A DNA stretch of 64,000 nucleotides from the NCBI GenBank assembly GCA_965242525.1, contig OZ251459.1:3840001-3904000 (forward strand). Direction: 5' to 3'. This DNA is from an uncultured Candidatus Binatia bacterium. GTDB lineage: Bacteria; Desulfobacterota; Binatia; UBA9968; JAJDTQ01. Positions 10,201-22,200 of the stretch are shown piece by piece. The notes under the pieces are model-generated. The model did not search any database and was not told the DNA's origin. It saw only the letters and a list, made by a program, of their open reading frames with translations. The first letter of the stretch is position 1; each line of letters begins with the position of its first letter. A program made the translations under genes and the position numbers.

Positions 10201-13200
10201 GTCAGGGTCACGGCGGACGGGGCGGCCACGCCGCTGTTCCCGCTCACCACCGCCGATACCGTCACTTCCTTGTCCGGCGCGTCCACCGTGTTGTCCACCG
10301 CGGTCACCGTCACCGTGCCGGTGCTCGCCGTCTCCCCTGCCGCGATGGTCAGGGTCTTCGTGCTCGACAGGCGGAAGTCGCCCGACGCCGCGTTCGTCCC
10401 CGCTGTTGCCGCCACCGTCAAGGTCACAGCCTCGCTCGACACCTGGTCCAACGTCGCCGTCACCGTGCTCGCGTTGCCCGCACCGCTCTCGTCGATGGTG
10501 TCCGGCTTCAACGCATCGGGTTCGGACAGCGCCAGGGTCACCGCCGGCGTGGCTTCGTCGTCGGTCAGCGTCAGCGCCACACCCGTAACCGTGCCCACGC
10601 CGTGGCTGTTCTGCGCCGTTCCGTTCACCGTCACCGACCGGTTGCCCACGTTGTCAATCGCGTCATTGACCGCGGTTATGGTCGCCGTGTCCGCGGCGTT
10701 CGAGGTCTCGCCAGCGGAGATCGTGATCGTCGCGTCAGCGCCCACCGTGTAGGCGCCCGCCTCGGGCTGCACGGTGATCGTGGTCGCCACGCCCGACGCA
10801 TGGCTCAGGGTTGCCGTCACCGTCGTCGCGCCGCCGTTCTCGGAGATCGAGGCGTCCGCTACGGCCAACGCCACCGTCGGCGCCGCTTCGTCGTCCTCAA
10901 TCGTCAGCGTAACGCTCGTCGGGTCAGCAACCCCACTGTCGCCGCTCACCTCCGCCGAAACGGTCACTTCCTTGTCCGGCGCGTCGACCGCGTTATCGAC
11001 CGCCGTCACCGTCACCGTGCCGGTGCTGCTGGTGTCCCCCGCCGCGATGGTGAGCGTCTTCGCGCTCGACAGTTTGAAGTCCGTCGCCGCCGCGTTGCTC
11101 CCGGCCGCCGCCGCCACCGTCAGCGTCACCGCCTCGGTCGACGCACGGTTCAGCGTGGCGGTCACTGCCGCCGCCCCTGGATTCGTCCCGTCGTGCTCGT
11201 CGATGGTCGCCGGACTCAGCGCCAGCGTCGCCATCGGCGCTCCTTCGTCGTCGGTGAGGGTGAGGCTGGCTCCGGTCACTGTCCCAACGCCTTGGCTGTT
11301 CTGCGCCGTTCCGCTCACCGTGGTCGTCCGGTTGACTACGTTGTCAATCGCGTCATCCACCGCCGTGATGGTCGCCGTGTCCGTAGCGTTCGCGGTCTCG
11401 CCAGCGGCGATCGTGATGGTCGCGTCCGAACCCACCGTGTAGGCGCCGGCCACGGCCGTTACGGTGACCGTCGTCGCCGCGCTCGACTCATGGCTCAGCG
11501 TCGCCGTCACCGTCGTCTCGCCGCCGTTCTCGGAGATCGCGCTGTCCGCCACCGCCAGCGTCACCTTCGGCTCGGCTTCGTCGTCCTCGATCGTCAAGGT
11601 CACGCTCGCCGGCGCGGCAACGCCGCTGTCCCCGCTCACCCTCGCCGAGACGGTCACCTGCTTGTCTGGCGCGTCCACTGTATTGTCCACCGCGGTCACC
11701 GTCACCGTGCCGGTGCTGCTCGTGTCCCCCGCCGCGATGGTGAGCGTCTTCGCGTTCGATAGGCTGAAGTCCCCCGACGCCGCGTTCGTCCCCGCCGTCG
11801 CCGCCACCGTCAAGGTCACAGCCTCGCTCGACGCCCGGTCCAAGGTCGCCGTCACCGTCGCGGACCCCGGGTTCATCCCGTCGTGTTCGTCGATGGTCGC
11901 ATCGCTCAGCGCCAGGGTCACCGCCGGCGTGTCTTCGTCGTCGGTCAGGGTCAACGCCGCGCTGGTCACGGCCACCGTCGCCGACTCCGCGGCAACCTGG
12001 GCGTTGGCCGCCGTTCCCGTCACCGTCACCGCACGGTCGCCCACGTTGTCCACGGCGTCGTTCACCGCCGTGATCGTCACGCTGTCCGCCGCGTTCGCCG
12101 TCTCGCCCGCCGCAATCGTGATGGTCGTGTCCGACGAATCCACCGTGTAGGCGCCGTCCACCGCCGTCACGGTGATCGTGGTGTCTTCGCTCGACGCATG
12201 GCTCAAGGTCGCGGTCACCGTCGTCGTGCCGCCGTTCTCGGAGATCGAGGCGTCCGCTACCGCCAACGCAACCGTCGGCGCCGCTTCATCGTCCTCGATG
12301 GTCAGCGTCACGTTCGTCGGGTCCGCCACCCCGCTGTCGCCGCTCACCGTCGCCGAGACCGTCACTTCCTTGTCCGGCGCGTCCGCCGTGTTATCGACCG
12401 CCGTCACCGTAACCGTGCCGGTGCTGCTCGTGTCCCCCGCCGCGATGGTGAGCGTCTTCGCGCTCGATAGGTTGAAATCCGCCGCCACCGCGTTCGTCCC
12501 GGCCGTCGCCGCCACCGTCAACGTCACAGCCTCGCTCGACACCCGGTCCAACGTCGCCGTCACCGTGCTCGAACCCGGGTTCGTACCGTCGTGCTCGTCG
12601 ATGGTGTCCGGCTTCAAGGCATCGGGTTCGGACAGCGCCAGGGTCACCGCCGGCGTGGCTTCGTCGTCGGTCAAGGTCAGCGCCGCGCCGGTCACCGCCA
12701 CCGTCTGCGACTCCGCGGCAGCCTGGGCGTTGGCCGCCGTGCCCGTCACCGTCGTCGAGCGGTTGACCACGTTGTCCACGGCGTCGTTCACCGCCGTGAT
12801 CGTCACCGTGTCCGCGGCGTTCGCCGTCTCGCCCGCTGCAATCGTGATCGTCGCGGCCGACGAATCCACGGTGTAGGCGCCCGACACCGCCTGCACGGTG
12901 ATCGTGGTCGCCGCACTCGACGCGTGGCTCAACGTCGCCGTCACCGTCGTCGTGCCGCCGTTCTCGGAGACCGCGCTGTCCGCCACCGCCAGCGTCGCCG
13001 TCGGCGCGGCTTCGTCGTCCTCGATGGTCAGCGTCACGTTCGTCGGCGCCGCCACCCCGCTGTCGCCGCTCACCACCGCCGATACCGTCACTTCCTTGTC
13101 CGGCGCGTCCACCGTGTTGTCCACCGCCGTCACCGTCACCGTGCCGGTGCTGCTCGTCTCCCCCGCCGCGATGGTCAGCGTCTTCCCGCTCGACAGGCGG

Positions 13201-16200
13201 AAGTCACCCGACGCCGCGTTCGTCCCCGCTGTCGCCGCCACCGTCAGCGTCACCGCCTCGCTCGACACCCGGTCCAAAGTTGCCGTCACCGTGCTCGCGT
13301 TGCCCGCGCCGCTCTCGTCGATGGTGTCCGGCTTCAACGCATCGGGTTCGGACAGCGCCAGGGTCACCCCCGGCGTGGCTTCGTCGTCGGTCAAGGTCAG
13401 CGCCGCACCGGTCACCGCCACCGTCGCCGACTCCGCGGCAGCCTGCGCGTTGGCCGCCGTGCCCGTCACTGTCACGGCCCGGTCGCCCACGTTGTCCACG
13501 GCGTCATCCACCGCCGTGACCGTCACCGTGTCCGCCGCGTTCGACGTCTCGCCCGCTGCGATCGTGATGGTCGCGGCCGACGAATCCACGGTGTAGGCGC
13601 CCGACACCGCCTGCACGGTGACCGTGGTCGCCACGCTCGACGCATGGCTCAGCGTCGCCGTCACCGTCGTCGTGCCGCCGTTCTCGGAGATCGAGGCGTC
13701 CGCGACCGCCAGCGCTACCGATGGCGCCGCCTCGTCGTCCTCGATCGTCAGCGTCACGCTCGTCGGATCCGCCACGCCGCTGTTCCCGCTCACCACCGCC
13801 GATACCGTCACTTCCTTGTCCGGCGCGTCCACCGTGTTGTCCACCGCGGTCACCGTCACCGTGCCGGTGCTGCCCGTCTCCCCTGCCGCGATGGTGAGCG
13901 TATTCGCGCTCGACAGCGTGAAGTCGCCATCCGCCGCGTTCGTCCCCGCAGTCGCCGCCACCGTCAACGTCACCGCTTCGCTCGACACCCGGTTCAGGGT
14001 CGCCGTCACCGTGCTCGCACCCGGATTCGTCCCGTCGTGCTCGTCGATGGTGTCCGGCTTCAACGCATCGGGTTCGGATAGCGCCAGGGTCACCGTCGGC
14101 GTATCTTCGTCGTCGGTCAAGGTCAGCGCCGCGCCGGTCACCGCCACCGTCGCCGACTCCGCAGCAGCCTGCGCGTTGACCGCCGTCCCCGTCACCGTCG
14201 TCGTGCGGTTGACCACGTTGTCGATGGCATCGTTCACGGCCGTGACCGTCGCCGTGTCCGAAGCGTTCGTCGTCTCGCCCGCGGCGATCGTGATGGTCGC
14301 GTCCGAGCCCACCGTGTAGGCCCCCGACACCGCCGTCACGGTGACCGTGGTCGCCGCGCTCGATGCATGGCTCAGCGTCGCCGTCACCGTCGTCGTGCCG
14401 CCGTTCTCGGCAATGGCGCTGTCCGCTACCGCCAACACGACCGTCGGCGCCGCTTCGTCGTCCTCGATGGTCAGGGTTACGGCGGACGGAGCGGCCACGC
14501 CGCTATTCCCGCTCACCACCGCCGAGACCGTCACTTCCTTGTCCGGAGCGTCCACCGTGTTGTCCACCGCGGTCACCGTCACCGTGCCGGTGCTCGCCGT
14601 CTCCCCCGCCGCGATGGTGAGCGTATTCGCGCTCGACAGGCGGAAGTCCCCCGACGCCGCGTTCGCCCCCGCCGTCGCCGCCACCGTCAGGGTCACCGCC
14701 GCGCTCGACGCCCGGTCCAACGTTGCGGTCACCGTGCTCGAACCCGGGTTCGTCCCGTCGTGCTCGTCGATGGTGTCCGGCTTCAAGGCGTCGGGTTCGG
14801 ACAGCGCCAGGGTCACCGCCGGCGTGTCTTCGTCGTCGGTCAGGGTCAGCGCCGCGCCGGTCACCGCCACCGTCTGCGACTCCGCGGCAGCCTGCGCGTT
14901 GACCGCCGTTCCCGTCACCGTCACGGCCCGGTCGCCCACGTTGTCCACGGCGTCGTTGACCGCCGTGATCGTCACGCTGTCCGCCGCGTTCGCCGTCTCG
15001 CCCGCCGCAATCGTGATGGTCGCGTCCGACGAATCCACGGTGTAGGCGCCCGACACCGCCGTCACAGTGATCGTCGTTGCCGCGCTCGATGCATGGCTCA
15101 GGGTTGCGGTCACCGTCGTGGTTCCGCCGTTCTCGGAGATCGAGGCGTCCGCGACCGCCAGCGCTACCGACGGCGCCGCCTCGTCGTCCTCGATCGTCAG
15201 CGTCACCCCCGCCGGCGCGGCAACGCCGCTGTCCCCGCTCACTGTTGCCGAGACGGTCACCTGTTTGTCGGGCGCGTCGACCGTGTTGTCCACCGCGGTC
15301 ACCGTTACCGTGCCGGTGCTGCTCGTGTTCCCCGCCGCGATGGTCAACGTCTTCGTGCTCGACAGGCTGAAGTCGCCCGTCGCCGCGTTCGTCCCCGCGG
15401 CCGCCGCCACCGTCAGGGTCACCGCCTCGCTCGACGCCCGGTCCAACGTCGCCGTCACCGTGCTCACGTTGCCGGCGCCGCTCTCGTTGATGGTGTCCGG
15501 GTTCGACGAATCCGGTTCGGAGAGGGCCAAGGTCGCGGTCGGCGTGGCTTCGTCGTCCGTCAGCGTCAGCGCCGCGCCGGTCACGCGGCCCGATGCGGTG
15601 GCGGTTCCCGTCACCGTCACCGACCGGTCGCCCACGTTGTCGATGGCGTCGTCCACCGCCGTGATCGTCACGCTGTCGGCCGCGTTCGACGTGGCGCCCG
15701 CGGCGATCGTGATGGTCGCGTCCGAGCCGACCGTGTAGGCCCCTGCCACCGCGGTTACCGTCACCGTCGTCGCCGCGCTCCACGCCCGGCTCAACGAGGC
15801 CGTCACCGTCGTGGTCCCGCCGTTCTCGGCAATGGCGCTATCCGCCACCGCCAGCGTCACCGCCGGCGCATCGTCGTCCAGGATCTTGCCGGTTCCGGTC
15901 GCGTTGCCGAGCGACGCGTTGGACGGGTTGCTCAGCTCCATCACCACGGTCTCGTCTGGCTCCGGCGTCGCGTCGCCGTACACCGTCACGGGGACGGTCT
16001 GCCTGGTGACCCCCGCCGCAAAGACCAGCGTCGGCTCCGGCGGAAAACCGTGGTCCGCTCCTGTCCGGTCCCGCGTCCGCAACGTCCCCACGGTCGCGGT
16101 GCCGGTCGAGTTGACGGCGACCGAGACCTGCACCCGCTGGGCGCTCGCCGGCAGCAGCGTCACCGTCCACTCCAGCGTATTCGTGTCTCCCGGCCCGCCC

Positions 16201-19200
16201 TCGGTGACGCTGGGCGCATCGATGAACAGCGTCGGCGTGGACGGGCGGTCGTCGTCGGTGATCGTCAGCGTCACGTCGTCCGGCGCGGACACCTCGGCGT
16301 TGCCCACGCTCCCCGACACGGTGACCGACTTGTCGAGCTCGGCGTCCGCGTTGTTCACCGCGGTGATCGTTACCGCGCCGGTGCTGGTGGTATCGCCCGC
16401 GGCTATGGTCAGCGTCTTGTTGGCGCTCAGGGTGAAGTCCCCGGCCTCCGCGTTGGTCCCCGCGGCCGCCGCCACCGTCACCGTGGTGGCCGCGCTCACC
16501 GCCCGGTCCAGCGTCGCCGTCACCGTCGCCGCGTTGCCGGCGCCGCTCTCGCCGATGGTAGAGGGCGTCAGGATCAGGGTCGCCTGCGGCCGGTCCGCCA
16601 CGGTCACGTCGAACGTCAGCGACGCCGCGTCTCCGTCCCCGTCGGTGGCGGTCCAGGTGTATTCGGTCTGCGCCAACGCCGCAGTCGGCGCGCCACTGAC
16701 CCGGTGGCTCGCGTCCTTGGTCACCCCGCCCGGCAATGCAGGCGAGAGGGCGTAGGATACGCTCCCGTCGCCGCCGGTGGCGGTCGGTAGCGTGAACGCG
16801 GTGATCGCCTTGCGCCGCGTCCACGACTGGTCCGGGATCGTCGCTGCGCCGAAGTCGGGCCGCCCGTTGTCCTGCACGGTGATGGTGAAGCTCCAGGTCG
16901 CCTGGTCCCCGTCCGCGTCGGTGGCGGTCCAGGCGTAGGCGGTCCTGGCCATGGCCGCAGTGGGCGCGCCTGAGAGCGTGCGGTTGTGGGTGTCCACCAC
17001 CGGCTCGTCGGGGTCGGAGGCGGCGCGCGGACTGGCGCTGCGCGCCACGCCGGCCGGCAGGGCCGGTGAGAGCGCGTAACTCAACGGGGCGTCGCCGCCG
17101 ATCGCCACCGGCAGCAGGCCGCTGACGGACTTGTACCGCGTCCACACGTGGCTCATGGGCTCGAGGCCGGTGAATGCCGGCAGGCTGTTGTCCGCCACGG
17201 TGATGGTGAAAGTAAGCTCCGCGCGGTCGCCGTCGCTGTCCGTGGCCGTCCAGGTATAGGTGGTCGCGTCCAGGGCCACGCTCGGCGCGCCGCTGATCCG
17301 GTGGCTGGCGTCCTTGGCCGCCCCGGCCGGCAGGGCGGGAGAGAGGGTGTAGGTCAGGGCGCCGTTGCCGCCGGTGGCGGCCGGCAGCGTGAACGCGGTC
17401 AGCGCCTTGTACCGCCGCCACGACTGGTTGGCCACGCTGGCCGCGCCGAAGTCAGGCGCCGCGTCGTCCTGCACCTCCAGCGTAAAGGTGAGCGTGGCCT
17501 GGTCGTCGTCCGCGTCGGTGGCGGTGAGCGTGTAGCTGGCTTGGGCCGCTACCGCGGTGGGGGCGCCGGAGAGGGTGCCGCCGGTGCTGGTTCCGGTGGG
17601 AGCCGTGTAGGAGACGCCGGCCGGCAGGGTCAGGGTGGTGACCGCGCCCGGCCCGGTCAGCGCATAGCTCAGGGCGCCGTTGCCGCCGGTGGCGGCCGGC
17701 AGCGCCACCGGGGTGATCGCTTCGTCCTTGACGTACACCTGCGCGGCGAAGGTGTCGGGTATGAACACCGGGGAGGCGTTGGCCGTGACCTCGATGGAGA
17801 AGTCGAGCGCGCCCTTGGCGCCGGTCACGCCGTCGGTGGCCTCCAGCGTGTAGGTGGCCGGCGCGGTCACGGTGGTCGGCGTGCCGGAGATGGTCCGCGA
17901 CGCCGCGGAGAACTGCAGGCCGTCCGGCAACGCCGGCCGCAGCGCGTAGCTGATGGCGCCGCGGGCGCCGGCGGCCGCGGGCAGCGCGTAACTGACGCCG
18001 GAGCCGACCGCCCAGGTCCGCGCGGACACCGTTCCGGTGAAGGCCGGCTGCGGCAGCACCCGTCCGTCCACCCGCCGGTTGGCGTCCGCGGCCACGGCCG
18101 GCAGCGTCAGGCTGGCGGTGGTGCCGCCGGGGCCGGTGATGGTGGCGCCGTTCAGGGTGAGCGCGCCGCTGCCGAAGCCGATGCCGTCGCCGTCGCGGTC
18201 GCCCGCCACCACCACGTAACGGAACCGGGTGTAGCGCTGGCTCCCGCTATGGCGTCCGGCCTGCCGCGTGCCCGCGCCGACGTCGATGGCAAGCTGCGGC
18301 GTGCCGGTAACGGTCACCGGCTTGCCCCAGTTGACCACCACGTCGATCGCGTCGCCCTTGCCGTACACGCCGCCCGCCGGCCGGCCGGCGAACCCCGCGC
18401 TCACCACGACCGGCGGGTGGTTGGCCGCGCCGTTGACGTTCGGCGTACTGGCGTTGGTGACGTAGTTCCGTATCGACCCGTGGCCGAGCGCCGCGTTCAC
18501 GCCGTACTGGTTGCGTATGGTGGCGCCGTTGAGCGCCAGCGAGTTGGCCGGCACGTCGACGCCGTTGCCGTCCGCGTCGCCGGCCTGCACCTCGTACTCG
18601 AACCGGAGCTGGGACCCGGAGGCGGAAGCGAGGTCCAGCGTCTTGGTCGAGGAACCGATGACCAGGGACAGGCGCGGCGTGCCGGTCACCGTCACGCCTT
18701 GGCTGAACTTGACGTTGACGCCGATCACCTCGTAGCGGTCGAAGGTCGATCCGCGCTGCGGCGCGCCGATCGCCAGGGATCTCACCACCGGCGGGCGGAT
18801 GGCGCCGTCCACCTTGTGGCTGGCACCGCCCCGGACGGTGAAGCCGCTAAGGTCGGTCACCGCGGGGTTGCCGTTGGCCGCGGTGTCGATCACGGCGCCG
18901 TTCAGACTCAGCCCGCTGCTGACCACGCTGACCCCGTCGGCGTCGCGGTCGGCCGCCTGCACGGTGTAGCTGAAGGCGATGCTGTTGGCGCCGGCGCCGG
19001 CGTACGCCATCTGCCGCGTGTTGGCGCCGACCAGGAGGCCCAGGGTCGGCAGGTTGGGCGCCCTGCCCGTGAAGCGGATCGGCAGGTTGAACGTGAGCGC
19101 CACGCGGATCACTTCGCCGGCGGCGTAGGTGTTGTCGGCGCCGGGCCGTGACGTGATGCTCACCCCGGACACGCTGGCCCGCCGCCCGTCCACCTTGTAC

Positions 19201-22200
19201 GCCGCGGCGGAGACGGCGTGGCTGCCGAGGCTCAGGGTCGCATTGACGCCGCCGCGGCTGATGCCGCCCAGATTCACGTCCAGCGCGCCTTGCGTGATGC
19301 CGAAGCCGTCGCCGTCGTAGTCGCCGGCCGGCACCGTGTAGCCGAACTCCAGGGTGGTGTTGGCCGGGGCGCGCTCGGTGTATTGGGAGCTGACCTTCAG
19401 GGCGGCGTGGCGGGTGTGGCTGCCGACGGTGAGCGCCAGCCGCGGCCAGCCCGGATTCCCCTGCCGGTAGGTCCGCCGGGCCGCCACCACCGCCTTGCTG
19501 AACGTCACCCGCACCCTGATCTCTTCGCCGATGCGGAAGGTGTCGCCGGTGGCCGGGCGCGAGGTGACGGCGACGCCGGTCACGATGGCCGGCGAGTTCA
19601 GGGCGCCGTTCACCTTGGCGTTGCCGGCGTTGGTGACGGCGTGGCTGCCCAGGGCGAGGGCCGCGTTGGCGCCCGCGTTGCTGCGGATGGCGCCGCTGTT
19701 GAGGGTCAGGGCGCCGCTCCGGATGCTGAGCCCGTCGGCGTCCACGTCGGCCTGTTGCACCACGTAGCGGAAGTACTGCGTGGCCGAGGTGGCGCCGGCG
19801 CGGTCGTAGGCCGCTTGGCGGGTGGCGCTGCCGATGCGCAAGGCGAGCCGCGGCGATCCGGTCACGCCCACGCCCTGGCTGAAGCGCACCGCCACTTCCA
19901 CCGTCTCGCCGCGGCTGTAGGTGTCGCCGGTGGCCGGGCGCGAGGTGATGGTTACCCCGGCCACGCTCGGCGCGCGGGTCACGCCGCCGTCCACCTTGTG
20001 CGCCGCCTGGCTGGAAAGCGTGTGGCGGCCCAAGCCGAGCACCGCGGCGTTGCCGGCGGCGTCGCGGATGGCGCCGCCGTTGAGGGTCAGGGCGCCGGCG
20101 GCGACGGCAACGCCGTCGGCGTCGCGGTCCGCGGCCTGCACGGTGTAGCGGAAGCGCACTTCGTCGCCGCTGACGCCGTAGTAGGCGGCCTGCCGCGTCA
20201 CGCCGCCCACCTGCAGCGCCAGGCGGGGCGCTCCGGTCACCACCAGGGCGGCGGCACCTTGCCGCCGGAAGCGCACCGCCACCCGGATCTCCTCGTTGCG
20301 AGCGTAGGTACTGTCCGCCGCCGGGCTGGACAGGAAGCTCAGGCCGCGCACCGTGGGACGGGCGCCGACCACCGCCAGGGTGAAGGTCACGGTGTCGGTG
20401 TCGCCGTTGGCGTCGGTCACCGTAAGCGTGTGGCGAGTGGACGGCGCCGCTACGGTGGCGGCACCGGTCAGGACCGCGGTGGCGCGGTTGAGGGACAGGC
20501 CGGCCGGCAGCGCCGGCGACACGGTGTAGGCCAGCGGCGCGTCCCCGGTGGCGGAGCGGGGCAGGGCGCAGCCCACGTGCAGCGGGCCGCAGGACGAGTG
20601 CAGCGAATAGTTCACCACCCGGTTGGTGAGCATCGACAGGTCGGGGCCGCTGGCAACGCCGAAGTCCGGCCACAGGCCGGTGCGGCTGCCGTCCACCTTG
20701 GCGGCGGCGTAGCGGGTTGCGGCGTAGCGGCTCAGGTCGAGCGCGGCGTCGGTGGCGCCGGCGTCGCGGATGGTCGCGCCGCTCGGCAACGTCAGCGCGT
20801 CGCCGGTGATGCCCAGGCCGTCGGCGTCGGTGTCCCCGGCCGCCACCGTATAGCTGAAATCGACGTAGGCGTTGCCGCTGCCCGCGGCGGCCGTGGCGGT
20901 GCGGGTCTGGCCGCCGATGGTGAGGGAGAGCCGGGGACTGCCGGCCACGGTGACCGCCTGGTCGTAACTCACCCGCGCGGTGACGACCCCGCCGCGGGTG
21001 TAGGTTCCAGCCTGCTGCGGGGTGGAGACGATGGACAGACCGGTGACCTTTGGCGGCGTGTGGACCTTGTGTTCCAACTGGTTGCCCAACGCGCGCGTGC
21101 CCAGACCGAGGGCGGCGTCAGCGCCGTGGGCGTCCTGCACGGTGGCGCCGGCCGGCAGGGTGAGGGCGTCGGCGGCCACGCTGATGCCGTCGGCGTCGTC
21201 GTCGGATACCAGCACCGTGTAGCGGAAGTGCAGACTCTTGAGATCGGCCCGGTCGAAGGCCGCCTGCCGCGTGGTGGTCCCGATGCGGATGGCCAGGCGC
21301 GGCGCGCCGGTCACCGCCAGCGTTTCCGTGAAGCCGACGCTGAGGCGGATCACGTCGCCGGCGGCGTAGCCGCTGCTCGCCACCGGCCGGGACTGGATGC
21401 CGACCGCGCGCACCGCGGGCGCGGCGTTGGCGCCGCCGTCCACCTTGTGGCTGCCGGCGGTGGCGACCGCATGGCTGCCGAGCGCCAACGAGGCGGCGAC
21501 GCCGGCGTCGCTCGACTGCACGATGCTGCCGCCGTTCAGCTCCAGGGCGCTGGCGCCGATGCCGATGCCGTCGGCGTCCCGGTCGGCCCCCTGCACGGTG
21601 TAGCTGAACACGTGGTGGTACCCGGTGAGCGACGAGGGCGATGCGTAGTAGTCGGCGTAACGGGTTCGGGCGCCGATGGACAACGCCAGCCGCGGCGTGC
21701 CGGTCCTGGTCACCGTCTCGTCGAACTTGAGGCCCACCGCGATCGTCTCGCCGGCGCCGTAGGTGTCGCCGGTCCGCGGCGAGGAGAGGAAGGTCAGCGC
21801 CGACACCTTCGGCGCGTCGGCCGCCGCCACGGTGATGGGGAAGGTGAGGGTCGTTTCGTCGCCGTCGCCGTCGGTGGCCACCCAGGTCTGCTCGCTGGCG
21901 GCGCCGGCGGCTTGCGGCGTTCCGCTGATGGTGCGGGAGGCGCTGCTGTAGGCAAGCCCGCCCGGCAGCGTGCTGGTGAGCTCGTACGAGATGCTGCCGT
22001 CGCCGGTGGCCGTGGGCAGGGTCAGCGAGGCGGCCGTGCCGGCCACGTAGTGCTGCGCCGGCACCGCGGCGCTGAACGCCGGCGCGGTGTCGCGCACCCG
22101 GTGATCGCCGTCGTTGGTGACCGCGTGGCTGCCGAGCCCCACCAGCGCCTGGCGATACGGATCGTCGCTGCCGGAGTAGGTCAGGAAGCCGCCGTTGGCG

